From the human T2T-CHM13v2.0 reference genome, Homo sapiens: a stretch of 64,000 nucleotides of DNA. The notes below the pieces were generated by a model. The model saw nothing but the letters and a program-made list of their open reading frames with translations. It had not been told where the DNA came from and ran no database searches. Position numbers and translations under genes: made by a program. Positions 48,814 through 63,680 of the stretch are shown here, piece after piece. Position 1 is the first letter of the stretch. Every line of letters begins with the position of its first letter. The stretch is taken from NCBI RefSeq assembly GCF_009914755.1, contig NC_060933.1, one strand, 5' to 3'.

Positions 48814-49113
48814 TTTTTTTTTTTTTTTTTTTTTGAGACAGAGTCTTGCTCTGTCACCCAGGCTGGAGTGCAGTGGCGCGATATCAGCTCACTGCAACCT
48901 CTGCCTCCCGGTTCAAGCGATTCTCCTGCCTCAGCCTCCCGAGTAACTAAGATTACAGCCACCTGCCACTACGCCCAGCTAACTTTTTTATTTTTAGTAG
49001 AGACGGGGTTTCACCATGTTGGCCGGGCTGGTCTCGAACTCCTGACCTCGTGATTCGCCCACCTTGGCCTCCCAAAGTGTTTTGATTACAGGCATGAGCC
49101 ACTATGCCTGGCC
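48814..49113 (-). mobile_element. AluS
   Basis: Reverse Alu dimer after poly-T. Confidence 0.94.
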
Positions 49114-49262
49114 AAAAACTATTTCTTTATTATTGAACATTTAGTATTTTTTTTTCACTTCTTAGCTTTTTTTAAATACACAGATCATGGCCACAGTAAC
49201 AATGGAAATAATAGTAGTTTTATTATAAATATTTCACCAACAGTAAGCTGTAGCTAGTGCTA

Positions 49263-49442
<180 letters not shown>

Positions 49443-49868
49443 CTAATGCAAAAAGAAAGACCGCAAATGTAATTTGAGTACAACATATATAGCAAGAAAC
49501 AGGCACAGATACGTACAATACATATACATGCACGCACATGTATAATCATTCATATACAACTTCCATGAACATATGGTACCTGACTTTGTAAAATCACAGA
49601 TTTTATTGGTTCTCCTAACTTAGTATTAGTCAATGCTTAATTGTGGCCTCCAATTAGTCTTTCAATTTCTTCATCAAAAATGCTCATAAAAGCACTAAAG
49701 ATGTCCATAGAATAGTCATATGAACTATGCTTTCTACTTTAGTGTTTGGCAAAACTTGGGAAAAAAAACAAAACCTGTACCAGATATACAATATGCGCTG
49801 TTTCAGGCATAATTATATCCATTTGCAGGCACAAACTCAGTGAGTGATACAACAGGCAGAAGAGCCCC

Positions 49869-50224
49869 TGATATGGTTTGGCTGTGTCCTCACCCAAATC
49901 TCAACTTGAATTGTATCTTAACAGAATTCCCACGTGTTATGGGAGGGACCCAGGGGGAGGTAATTGAATCATGGGGGGCCAGTCTTTCCTGTGCTATTCT
50001 TATGATAGTGATTGTGTCTCACAAGACCTGATGGGTTTATCAGCGTTTCCACTTTTGCTTCTTCCTCATTTTTCTCTTGCCGCTGCCATGTAAGAAGTGC
50101 CTTCTGCCTCCCTCCGTGATTCTGAGGCCTCCCCAGCCATGTGGAACTGTAAGTCCAATTAAACCTCTTTGTTTTCCCAATCTCGGTTATGTCTTTGTCA
50201 GTGGCATGAAAACAGACTAATACA
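49869..50224 (+). mobile_element. THE1 solo LTR
   Basis: TGATATGGTTTGGCTGTGTCC...ACTAATACA; TSD gcccc (49864-49868 / 50225-50229). Confidence 0.93.
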
Positions 50225-50379
50225 GCCCCCAACATCTAAAACCTTTTTTCTCTCTCCCCTTCAGCCACAGGGAATATTGTTGCATATGTATAGTATGATT
50301 GTATTCTAATTCAAAATCTAGGCCTTGGCTAAGAACATGGTCCAACTTAGAACCATGGACATGATATTATAAAACTCTT

Positions 50380-51295
50380 CATACCAATAAACAGAAAGAT
50401 CTCAAACTGAATGAAAAAAAAAGACAATCATAGATGCCAACACTGAGAAGAGAAAGATTTTAAAGCACCTAATAAAGATGCTTCGATGGGCAATTATAAA
50501 TACTTTTGAAACATAAAGAGAAAACATAAAGGCTCAACAATGAAATGGAAGACATAAAGTTTAGAACTGAAAGATACAACCAAAATAAAAAGTTCAATGG
50601 ATGGGCTTTCCATAGCAGAATGGAAGGGACAAAGAAAAGAGTCAGTGAACTGAAAGAACAACAGAAATTACCCAATCTGAACAACAAAAAAATACACTGG
50701 GGAAAAAAAAAGCGCAAAGTCTCAAGGACCCGTAGGACTATAAAAAATGATGTCATGGCACTGGAGTTCTGCAAGGAGTGAAGAAAGAGCAGGGCTTAAA
50801 AAGTATTCACAGAAATGACCTCCAAATATATCCCAAATTTAACAAGCTACATCAACCAGGATTCAAGAAGCTGAACAAGCTCCAAACAGGATAAGCCCCT
50901 TCAAAAAACACTCTAAGACAGGTTATAATTAAATTTATGAAAACTGAAGAAAAAAATCTTGAAAGCAGCCAGAAAAAAAAAAAAATGACACCTTACCCAT
51001 AGGGGGAAATCAGTCTGAATAACAGGAGATTTGTCATTAGAAACGATGGAGGCTACCTGGAAGTGGCACAATATTTTTTAAACGCTGAAAGAAAAGAACA
51101 GTCCACCCCAGAACCCTAGACTCAGCAAAATGCCACCTTCAAAAATAAAGGAGAAATGAAGACATTCTTAGATGAAGGAACACTGAGAATCTGTCATCAG
51201 CAGATTTACCCTAAAAGAATGGCTAAAAGAAGTTTTCTAAACAGAGGAAATGATAAAAGGAACCCTGAAGCCTCATGAAGGAAGAAAGAACACAC
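50380..51295 (+). mobile_element. L1M ORF1-region fragment
   Basis: aaaatcttgaaagcagccaga, gattcaagaagctgaacaagctccaaacagg motifs. Confidence 0.75.
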
Positions 51296-51632
51296 TGATT
51301 TCCTCCATGTCTTCTATGGAAGATTCTGTCCGTCCCACTGGTTTATGGTTTATGGTGGCGCCTCTCCATATCAGATTATGCTTTCACGTGTCCCAGGTGG
51401 ATCCAGACAGCCTAGGTGCAAATAGTGTCCCTGTCACTTAGCAGCTATGTGATTTGGGGCAAGTGCCTCGTTTCTTTACATACAAAATGGGACAATAGCA
51501 TCTGCTTCACGGACTGTCAGGAGATAACATGAGTTTATGACTGCTCAGGCCTGCCCAGCACAGGGTAAATGCCCATCACCGTTGCCTCTTCTCTGTTAGG
51601 CTAGTCTTATGCTAAGAGCCATGAAAATGTTA

Positions 51633-51720
51633 ATGGGGTGGCTTGTAGTTTTGTATTGATAAGGCAATCTCCATTCATTAGGGATTGCCTTATCAATACG
51701 AAACTACTAGCTACCCCCAT
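51633..51720. repeat. ~40-bp inverted repeat in DDX58 intron 16
   Basis: 17-bp perfect core gtattgataaggcaatc (51653-51669) / gattgccttatcaatac (51683-51699), extended by near-matching arms. Confidence 0.95.
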
Positions 51721-52329
51721 TTTTATTTTTCTAGAAATATAGCTATTTTCATCTATTTATTATTTTATATAAACTCTAGAACCATTTTATCAAGTTAAAA
51801 GTATCATTTATGCTTTCAATATGGTTTGTGACACGTGAATAAGCAAATTTGGGGTGAATGCACGTGTTTAAAATATTCAGTCATTCCATTCAAGAGCATG
51901 GCATTTCTTTTATCTTAATATCTCCCAGTAAAATTTTTTTATTTGTCCTCATTTCTGCTTCAAACTTTTCTGATTAGGCTGGTAGATGTAATGGTGAAAC
52001 AGATGGGTTCTACCAACTCTACCATGAACTAGCTGTGTGATCTACTGGCACTGAAGCTATTCAAGTCTCAGTTTCCTGCCTATAAAATGACATAGGAGGC
52101 ACTACTGTATGGATTGCTGTAAAGCCTATTGATGTAAGTAAAGCATTTGCAGGGACTGTTGGAGAGTCAGTGTTCTACATGCATGAGCTACACTTATTGT
52201 CACTGCGAATGGAAATCTCCCTCCCCCTTATATCTTTTAATTGGTTACGGATCATACATAGATAATATATTGATTACCATACCACTTCAAATTCAAATTT
52301 GCTTTATATAAAAAAAAAATTAGATCTAG

Positions 52330-52662
<333 letters not shown>

Positions 52663-52799
52663 TAGATTCCTACTATGTTGCCCTGGCTGGACTTGAACTC
52701 TTGGGCTTAAATGATCCTCCCATGTAGCTGGCGCAATAGGCTTGAGCCATCATGCCCAGCTAGACCTAGAATGTTTTGATTTAAAAAAACAAATATACT

Positions 52800-53044
52800 G
52801 GCTGGGCACAGTAGCTCACGCCTGTAATCCCAGCACTTTGGGATATGCCGAGGCTGGCATATCACTTGAGTCCAGAGTTCAAGACCAGCCTGGGCGACAT
52901 AGCAAAGCCCCATCTCTACTAAAACTACAAAAATTAGTGATGCGTGGTGGCACACACCTGTAGTCCTAGCTGCTTGGGAGGCTGAGATTGCAGTGAGCCA
53001 ATATCACACCACTGTACTCCAGCCTGGGCTCTGTCTCAAAAAAA
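52800..53044 (+). mobile_element. AluJ, internally deleted
   Basis: ggctgggcacagtagctcacgcc start; shortened right arm. Confidence 0.88.
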
Positions 53045-53815
53045 TAAATAAGAAATAATTAAAAAATTAAAAACCAAATATAATTTCCCCTTCCCCACTT
53101 CTTGGCCCCATCCCACCTGAAATTATCTTCATTATTTTTGTAAAAATAAAGGGTGTCCAGGCCTCCTGTTTTTAATCCAATTTTTCAGTTGTAAAACTGT
53201 TACATTATATGTATTTATCCCATTCTTTCCTTTGGACAAATTTCTAGAATTGAAATCCCTGGGTTATATGATACACATTTTCCTATGAGCAATTTTAATT
53301 TTCTTTTTTAATTTCTTTTTCAGATATGGTTCTAATCACTACTTAAGCAGAATAGAGGTTACCAGGAAAGAAGGTGAAAATATAACCTTGCCTTTCAGGC
53401 ATCCAACTTTTTAAAAAAATTCACTTATAATGGTATTCAATTATATACTGAAATTCAATTAAATACTAATAATCTCAAATATTTTAAGTGTTACTCTAGG
53501 CAATAGGTATAAATCCTAATAAGTTAAAACTATTACAGCTATACTTAAAACTAAGTAAAAATCAATAACTGGGTAAAGAGGCTCAACCAATCATAAGTTA
53601 AGTCTATGGCATACTGACCTTCACCCATGCAACCTGTGGCTAAAGAAGCAGCCTAGCTCCACACACTGAGGTGGAGAAAAGCAAACTATCTTAATTATGT
53701 GTAGTCATGGGTATGCATGTTGGAAGTTCTTTGTTCAGAATGAACTTTCTTTCACCCCATCTTTATTCTCTGCTCCATGAGGAAAGAAAAACAGCTTCCT
53801 CCTCATTCTGATTTC

Positions 53816-53994
53816 TTTTTTTTTTTTTTTTTTTTTATACTCTAAGTTTTAGGGTACATGTGCACATTGTGCAGGTTAGTTACATATGTATACATGTGCC
53901 ATGCTGGTGCGCTGCACCCACTAATGTGTCATCTAGCATTAGGTATATCTCCCAATGCTATCCCTCCCCCCTCCCCCGACCCCACCACAGTCCC
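53816..53994 (-). mobile_element. L1HS-Ta, 5'-truncated (158 bp of 3'UTR + A21 tail)
   Basis: Reverse strand GATGAC-ACA-TTAGTGGGTGCAGCGCACC (Ta ACA diagnostic, 53925-53927) and AAAACTTAGAGTATA (diagnostic G, 53842). Confidence 0.93.
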
Positions 53995-54335
53995 TTCACA
54001 ACCACAACTGTCATACCGTTCATCCCTTATTCCTCCAGAATGAAACACCACCAAATCCTGAAGCGTCCACCATGGAAATCAGTTCTTGGATACCTCTGGG
54101 CTGTCTACATGTTAAGATGGCTGCAGAGTGACCAGAGAATTCTGGGGCGGGGGATGGGGAGTGCTCTAGTGACAGCAGGCCACACACAGACAATGGACAG
54201 TACAGCTGGGGCGCTGGGGAAGAAAGCAGTCTCCCAGTACTCTGCTCATCCCTCTCCCTTTCCTGTTCTTGCAGATTGCCCTAAAGAGCTCCAAGCTTTT
54301 GCCCTCTGTTCTGCAGAGTTCCTTCCTTCCGTTAA

Positions 54336-54772
<437 letters not shown>

Positions 54773-56358
54773 TTTACTAAGCCTTTGAAAGCAAATCCTT
54801 CCCCTTTGAGCAGGGCAGCTGGGCCTGGTCATGTATGATAGGACAGGGATACCAACACAACTCAGGCTTCCCAGCTGCCAGTAACTCCCAGCTACACTGG
54901 TTATAGGGCTTCTTGTTCCCTACCATCTCTGCCTATCTATCTGTAAGTGTTACGGGAACCCCAAATGCTATTACATAGCCTGATTCAACAGATACTTAAC
55001 CCATTTCCTCCTCACCCCACTCCTTATCCTGGTGTGCTGGCTACAAAAGAATGCCTACATCTGGTCTAGCCTCTCTCTTCCTCAACAGACTTTTACTCTG
55101 TTGCTTCTGTCACATGAGTCTAAGTAGCTTGTCACCTAGGAGAAGAGATAAAAATTATGCCATGGCTATTAAAACTCGTGGTTTTAAAACGTGTATTGGC
55201 AATATATTTTACAAAATGGAAAGGTGGCTCAGTGAAGAGAGAATAGAGAATCCCATCCCCAGTAAAACTAAGGGAGGAACTAAATAATTTCCCTGCAATT
55301 CTTCTCACTGAAAATGTGGAAGAGGTGGTTCTAGATAACTTAATCTCCCAGCTTTAGGAAGAAAAATGTTTTTAGACTAGTAAACATTGACAAAGTTTTG
55401 ATTTGTGTCCTAAAATAAGTGTTAATCTGCTTTAGATAATTGATGGTCAATACTTTTTGGAGCACAGAGATTATGACTTTTTAAAATTATAGACACTATG
55501 GAGTTGGTCTATTAAACTGTAAGGTTCATCTTCATGAAGTTAAACTATGTCTCACACTTCTGTCCAGTAACAGCTCTCATTTCTTGGGCACGTATTTTAT
55601 GCCAGGCGCTAAGAGATGCAATGCATACATCTCATTTATCCTCATGACCACCCTGGGAGTTAAATACTATTATTTTCCCCACTTTTTACATGAGGAGATT
55701 GATTATTTAAAAGACAGAGCAACTGCCTGAGGTCACACATCTTGCAAGTGATAGAACTGGGATTTGAACCATGGATTCTAGTGTTAAAGCTCTCCCCTAG
55801 CCCTGCAGTGATCATGCTTCCAGAGATTCTGAGATGAAAATCTCTGCAATGGGTCTGGAGAAAGTATAGGTATGTGTTTCTTGACTTTCTCCAATCTGAT
55901 TTCATGTTTCTGTGTTACGGAAATTACAATGAAATGAAGGTCATTACACTAAGAGGTTGATCTGAATAGGCATCCCATTCCAAGGTGTATATCATTGTCC
56001 ACAGCTATAAAAAGACATTCCAATACCTGCACAGTGACCTAGGAGCTTTTCTCTGAGGACTCTTTGGAGAGAGATTTAAGGAAGAGACTAAGAACAGCTG
56101 TTTTTTCCAGTATTAGGATATAGTCCTCGAGATGAACTGTCAACTAGAGAAATCCTAGCTCAATTTGCCTTTTAGATCTGAAAACATAACTTCAGTTATT
56201 AGCACTATTAAATATAATTTAACCTCATTGACATTTAAAAACAGAATGAATTTAATATTCACTAAGTATAAACTTTTTGTTGTAATACAACACTCTAAGC
56301 AATATGATAAAAGATACCAACCATCCTCCTCACATTCCCTGATAGTTATTTATGGTCA

Positions 56359-56556
<198 letters not shown>

Positions 56557-56690
56557 TTATTTGGTGTTTTTGACTTAAAGCTCTGATATAATCTGCAAAT
56601 AGGTAAACAAATAGAGGTACTCCTAAAATTCAACTTTGGTTCACTGAATCCCACTTCCCAGGAAAGTTGAGCTGTTAAAGAGTGAACTCA

Positions 56691-56786
56691 TGAGGCAGGA
56701 TTGCTTGAACCCAGGAGTTTGAAGCTGCAGTGAGCTAGGATTACACCACTGCACTCTAGCCTGGGTGACAGAGCAAGACCTATCTC

Positions 56787-56814
<28 letters not shown>
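56691..56814 (+). mobile_element. Partial Alu right monomer with long A-tail
   Basis: gaggcaggattgcttgaacccaggag...tctcaaaa. Confidence 0.85.
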
Positions 56815-56817
<3 letters not shown>

Positions 56818-57815
56818 AAATGCAGGTGTGCACCTGCATGTTAAATATGTGGAAAAACTAGGAGCCCACCTTAGGCTGGCTTTCTCAGGGTCTCAACAAT
56901 GCAGGGTGATTAGACAGCCGTACTGTCAGAAACACTGCTTTAAAGATACCTACATGAACCCCCAGTATGACACTGTGATGGCTCTAAGATGAGCAGTAAA
57001 CAGGCCCTCCTTCAAGAACCTTCTAGACAATGAGGAAATAAGATCTCTTCATAACCAGCAAAACATAGGTGGAAAATTTTAAGTGCTATTACAAAGATAG
57101 ATATAAAAGGTTATAGGCTTTATATGTTCAAAAGAGAGATTTTTGCCAGCTGGGAGGATTAGGGTCAGGTGATATGGAGGCAGGGGAAGAGGTAAAATGA
57201 AGAGTAGCAGTATCTGAGCAGTTCCGTCAACAAGCAATAAGTGAGGAAGTCAGGTTGGCGGAAGTGGATAATGCACAAAAGGGAAGAATGGGAAATAAAG
57301 TTGGAATGAAATAGGTGTTGGATTTTGGAAACTCTTTAGCATCAAGTAAATTGGGGAACCACTGGTGTTTCAATACAAGGAAGTGACACGATCGAGCTGT
57401 TTTTCAGGAAAAGTAATATGATAGCTGTACTTATGGAATTTTAAGAAGAAAAGGAAAAAGGAGGAAAGAATAGTTAGGAGACTAGTCAAGTCCAGGTGGG
57501 GCAGAACAACTCTGGAGTATCCCTTCTTGAATACAGGGGGCCCTTCAGCCCACCAGCACCACCATGAAAGGTTTACATGTTGACTGGCAAAGCTTCAATC
57601 CAAGTTGGAATTATTCTTCCATAAATATATCAGTCAATGCCAGGCAAGTGAGCAGCATCATTGTAAGAATCAAAGTAGAGTTTATGTTAGTGAACAAAAC
57701 TGTAGCCACCTTAAGGGCCAATGATACCAAAGTGCACTGTGCCATTGGTCACATACTCAACCATGGCTCAGTAAAGAGAAAGGCCAGAATGACACATACA
57801 CTTATAAATCAGTCA

Positions 57816-58166
<351 letters not shown>

Positions 58167-58479
58167 CTAGGCAGTGGGATCTATTCCTATGCCTGTTTCA
58201 GAAAGGACATTTAGGGTGGCATCTAACACTCAGACTCTGCCACAAGACTGAGTTCAAATCCCAGCTCTGGGGGACTTACTAGTTGTATGGCTTTAGCCAT
58301 ATTATCCAAGAAATAGACATTTTTGCAGAAATATCAACACCTAATTGTAACACCTTTACATGTGTGTAAGAATTTATAGCTGACAAAACATTTTCACATC
58401 TTCTCACTCACCAGAGCATCATAAAGCCCTATAGGTCAAAGGGTAAGTGCTCTGATTCCCCTTAACAAACGAGGGTCGT

Positions 58480-58772
58480 GCCAGGCATGGTGGTTCACGC
58501 CTATAGTCATAACACTTTAGGAGGCCAAGGCAGGTGAATCACTTGAGCCTAGGAGTTTGAAATCAGCCTGGTTAACACAGGGAGAACCCATCTCTACAAA
58601 AAATTTAAGAATTAGCTGGGCATGGTGGCACACACCTGTAGCCCCAGCTACTCAGGAGGCTTAGGTAAGAGAATCACCTGAGCTGGGGAAGTTGAGGCTG
58701 CAGTGAGCCATGATGGCACTACTACACTCCAGCCTGGGCAAGAGAATGAGACTCTATCTTAAAAAAAAAAAA
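58480..58772 (+). mobile_element. AluJ
   Basis: Diverged full dimer. Confidence 0.9.
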
Positions 58773-60384
58773 GACACAAATGAGGGGCTTGAGGTTCCAG
58801 AAGTGAGGTAAACTGACAAGCTAGCTATCAGCAGTGTTGGGCCTTGAACTTCAGTTTAAGACCCTAATAGTGTGCACTGTTGGGGTGTCTGCCTCCCCAT
58901 ACACAAACTAAGAATCATTTTCTGCCACACCCACCCACAATACAGTTGTATTATGTTTCTCTATGAAAGAGGCAATGCTATCTGCTCACCAATCTTGTTT
59001 CTTTCTCCTGCTAGGCACACACAGCTGAATTATATTTCGCAATCTAAACTGTCACTAATGGCATGTAGACAGAGGTCATGTGTGTCTCTTCCAAACCAGA
59101 CCCCTAAAAATTGTCCATGTTCTTGTTATTTCTCATCAATGGACCAGATAAGGTCATAGTGGAGGATTTGGAGACCCCCTGTGATGACAGAGCCATAACA
59201 AGGAAGGAGCCTGGGTCCCTACAATAAGTGGAAGAGGATGGAGCAGAGCCCCCACCCCTACCTATCTACACTTGGGAGCATAAGTGAGCAGAGCCCCCAC
59301 CCCTACCTATCCACATCTGTGAGTGTGAGCTATAACTTTTATTTTGCCCTGCCCCTGAGATCGTGAGGGTTGTCTGTTAGAGCAATTAGATTACACTGAT
59401 TTATACACAGCCTGTTCCTGGCTGCAGCTACTGGACTGAAATAAGCATTTGAACTATGTTGGGCCAATCCAATTCTTCCCTCTTGGAATCTGAAATTGGG
59501 ATTGGAGACAGGTAGTAAATCAGGAAGGTGTGGGGCAGTCATGAATGGAGAAGCAGAGACAGCAATCTGTAAAGGGAAAACTGTGAAGCAGATGTGCAGG
59601 ATTCAGGATTGCAATTGTCCACAAAGCCCGAGTGCACTTCCGAACTGCGGGTTCTATGGTAGACCCAATTATCCCGGTAGCAGCCACACCCCCTTCTACT
59701 TAGACTAGCGTAAGTGGGTTTCTGTTAATCGGGGAAAAGAAAGGATCTTGACTAAGACAACCACATACTGCCTTCTAATATCCTGCGATAGTGGAGGCTA
59801 AATTTAAATTGTCTGAATACAGTGTGAAGTTTGGATGTGATAATCACCCAGTTTGTGTAATCATGGCGGACACCCAAAATGGTGGCTCAAACAATATGCG
59901 CACTTCAAACCGTGTGGATCCTAAAGACATCTACGTTTATCTATTAGTAGAATCACCTGATCTCCACTCACTGCTCACAGGGCGGACCCACCTCAGGCAG
60001 GTAGAGCAAGGTAATCCATATTACTTTCCATTACCTAGCTGGCAGTGGACTCAAGAGTTTGTGGAAAAAGATCCCTTGTGGTTTTTGAATTATTTACCAT
60101 TCAAAGTCATGAAAATTCAAATGCAGGCAGCTTTATTTTCAGAAAGTTGCTTAAAAATCAATCTCTAAACATTATTTTGATTTTACTTTTGAGCTTTCTT
60201 TATCCAGAATACTTTTTTTAAAGATACATACTTTCTGTTATTTTTGAATCCATGTATTCTCAGTAAAACCAAAATCAAACAAATGATGAGCATTGTGGAC
60301 CATTACATAAAAGTTCTGGATGTGAATAGTAACTAACATTTAACATACATTGAGCACTCACCACATGCCAGGCATTGTTCTAAA

Positions 60385-60680
60385 CCAGAAGTGGGCAAAC
60401 TTTTTCCATAAGGGCTAGATGTATAGTAAATACTTTAGGCTCTGTGGGTCATGCTGTCTCAGCTACCCAACACTGCCATTATAGTTGGAAAGCAGCCACA
60501 GACAATACATACATGAATGGTCATGACTGTGTTCCCCCAAAAAGTTATTTTATAGACAATGAAATTTGAATTGCACAAACCTTTCACATGTCATAAAATA
60601 TTCTTTTGATTTTTTTTCAAACAAAAATCATTCTCAGCTCAAGAGTCATTCATAAGCAGGCAGTGAGCCAGATTTTGCTA
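60385..60680. mobile_element. MER58-type hAT element
   Basis: gggcaaactttttccataagggctagat...agtaaatactttaggctctgtgggtcat. Confidence 0.7.
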
Positions 60681-61071
60681 CTGACATTAACCCTCTCAGC
60701 TAGGTACTATTATTATTTTTCCATTTGACAGATGAAGAAAGTAAGTCATGAAGAGGTTAGGTAACCTGCTTCTTCATGAAACAGGAAATTAAGAAATGGA
60801 AATGTGGAAATATACAAATTTAGCAAACTGAACTTTTGCTTGTTTACATGCAGCTTTTTGTAAAAAAAGGTGTTCACAATTCTTCTAGCTTAACTGTGCA
60901 AGGAAGAGGATCAGACCAGAAACAAATTCAGCTAAAATTGTCTTAATTTACTGGTAAATCAAGTTTAACCCATTCGATAAAAGCTATAGAGTTCACACTG
61001 ATAAACTGAGTGAAGAAAATACTTCAGTGGTCTCTACCTCAGGGTTAACAGAATTTATAGAAGCTCCAATT

Positions 61072-61370
61072 GGCTAGGCATGGTGTTTCACACCTGTAAT
61101 CCCAGCATTTTGGGAGGTCAAGGTGGCAGATTACTTGAGGCCAGGAGTTCAAGACCAGCCTGGCCAACATGGCAAAATCCTGTCCCTACTAAAAATACAA
61201 AAATTAGCTGGGCATGGTGGTGTGCACCTGTAATCCCAGCTACTTGGGAGGCTGAGGCATGAGAATCACTTGAAACTGGAAGGTTGCAGTGAGCTGAGTT
61301 CGTGCCACTGCACTCTAGCCTGGAAAACAGAGCAAGACTCTGTCTCAAAAATAAAATAAAATAAATAAAA
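61072..61370 (+). mobile_element. AluS
   Basis: Dimer with (TAAAA)n tail; near-TSD aagctccaatt / aagttccaatt. Confidence 0.92.
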
Positions 61371-62487
61371 GTTCCAATTTTTTCCTAATATATTTCCAGC
61401 CCAAATCTTGAGATATATTTTGCTAAGGCCAAAACAATTTCTTTTCACCATCATCATCTACTAAACAATGAGCATCTCTGGAACAGACATCATACGTGAT
61501 TAATTTCTTAGTTTATTCATCTATTCAGTCAAACATTTATTCAGCAATTATGGCTTGTCAGATAAAAATAATGATTAAAAGGTCCATTTTTATCCACAAG
61601 GAGCTCACATTTTGTAGAAGAAAAATATAAATAAGAAGCTATAATTGAGTATGATGAGCACAGAAAGGATGCTATGCGAATGTGGAAGAAGGAGCTCTCT
61701 ACCAGTTTTTGGAGGTTGGGGAAGGCTACATGGCAGAAGCACAATGCCTGGCACAGCACAAGTTATAAATAAATGTTGTTGAATGAACGGATGAATAAAT
61801 GAACAAACCAATAAGAAAATATTTCCTGAGTGTCTACTTGTGGAGGAACAACAAAGTTTGAAAATCAAGGAGGACTCATGTTGGAGTCAGATCGCAGAGA
61901 ACTTTGAATCCCAACCACAAAAATATGGTGTTAGACTTCATTTGGTGAGCCACTTTTTAAGATCTGAATCTACTTTTCATATTTATGAAGTTTAAAAATG
62001 ACATGAAGGGAAAGTGCGAGGGTGATAACTAGGGACTGACAGGGTGGGTATGGGAGGGTGCTTATTATAAACAACACTAAATAGGAAGACTTGTCAGTGC
62101 CAGTCACTGAGGGGTGGGGGGCACAGCTGTGAGGTGGTCAGGATGAGGGCGGGCCACCTAGGATCCTCCCAGATAATAACACAGGCAGCCTTTTATCCTT
62201 TGACCACTCTAGCTGGATTTCAGAATTGTCTGCTTGGACTTTTTAAAATTGTAAAATACATAATATACACAAAAGCTATGCATATCTACTGCTTAAAGAA
62301 TAACAATAAAACAGAAATAGAACATTTCTATTTCTAGACAATCTTAATCTATTGGTTGAAAATTTGAGCAGGATGATAATGCGTGCAAGCATGACTTAAA
62401 AAACAACCCTGGCTTTGTCTGCAGGACATATGAGAGGAGGCAATGTCTACAAGGAAAGAGACTGGAGTGGTTTTTGGCATTTGAGCA

Positions 62488-62928
62488 TTGTGATGGCTTT
62501 TTGATGCATTAACTTGGCTAGGCCAAACAACAGTTCCCAGTAATTCATCTAGGTACTGCTCTGAAGAGATTTTACCGATGGGATTCAAGTCCCTAATCAG
62601 TTGACTTTAAGTCAGATCAAAAGAGAGTTCACTCCAGGTGGGCCTGGCCTAATCAGGTGAGCCTTTTAAAAGACGGCTTAGGCCTTCTCCAAAGTCAGAG
62701 ACTCCAAACAGCTCATGTCTGGGGGGTTCCAGTCTGTTCCTGATAGTCTCTTCCTGACTACCTGCCCTACACGCTTCAGACTTGCTTTGCCAGCCCAATT
62801 GTGTAAAATTCCTTGCAAGAAATCTCTGTATATATGCATATGTGGACACATATACAACACACACCTCTCATATATATGTATAATCACCTACTGCTTTTGC
62901 TTCTGTGGTTAAACCTTGACTGATAGAA
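62488..62928 (+). mobile_element. MLT2-type ERVL LTR
   Basis: tgtgatggctttttgatgcattaacttggctaggcca...cctaatcagttgactttaagt...cttctgtggttaaaccttgactgata. Confidence 0.65.
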
Positions 62929-62930
62929 GC

Positions 62931-63022
62931 ATTAAAACAGAACTTGAAATATATATTAAAACAGAATTTGAAATATATATTATATATATACACACACACA
63001 TATACATACACACACACACATA
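62931..63022. repeat. 24-bp tandem duplication followed by (TA)n/(CA)n microsatellite
   Basis: attaaaacagaa[c/t]ttgaaatatat x2, then tatata/cacaca. Confidence 0.9.
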
Positions 63023-63058
63023 TTCTTAAATGCATAATCCACTAAATCTAATTCACTA

Positions 63059-63202
<144 letters not shown>

Positions 63203-63381
63203 TCATTTGTATTAATTCAATATTGAAATACATGCAAAAAGAAAAAAATTTAAAGTTAGTACACGTACAGTTTTCAGACTGACAAACCTGAGAAAAAAAG
63301 CATTTTGGAATTGAACTCTATGTAATAATTAACTAAAATGGCATAGATCTCTGTAACCTGATATGGTTTAATCTCTAAGAC

Positions 63382-63680
63382 TTTTTTTTTTTTTTTTTTT
63401 TGAGATGGAGTCTTGGTCTACCGCCTAGGCTGGAGTGCAGTGGCACGATCTTCGCTCACTGCAACCTCCGCCTCCCAGGTTCAAGCAATTCTTTGCCTCA
63501 GCCTCCCGAGTAGCTGGGATTACAGGCATCAGCAACCATGCATGGCTAATTTTTGTATTTTTAGTAGAGACAGGATTTCATCATGTTGGCCAGGCTGGTC
63601 TTGAATTCCTGACCTCGTGATCCACCCACCTCATCCTCCCAAAGTGCTGGGATTACAGGCATGAGCCACCGCACCTGGCC
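63382..63680 (-). mobile_element. AluS
   Basis: Reverse dimer; TSD-like atctctaagac on both sides. Confidence 0.93.
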
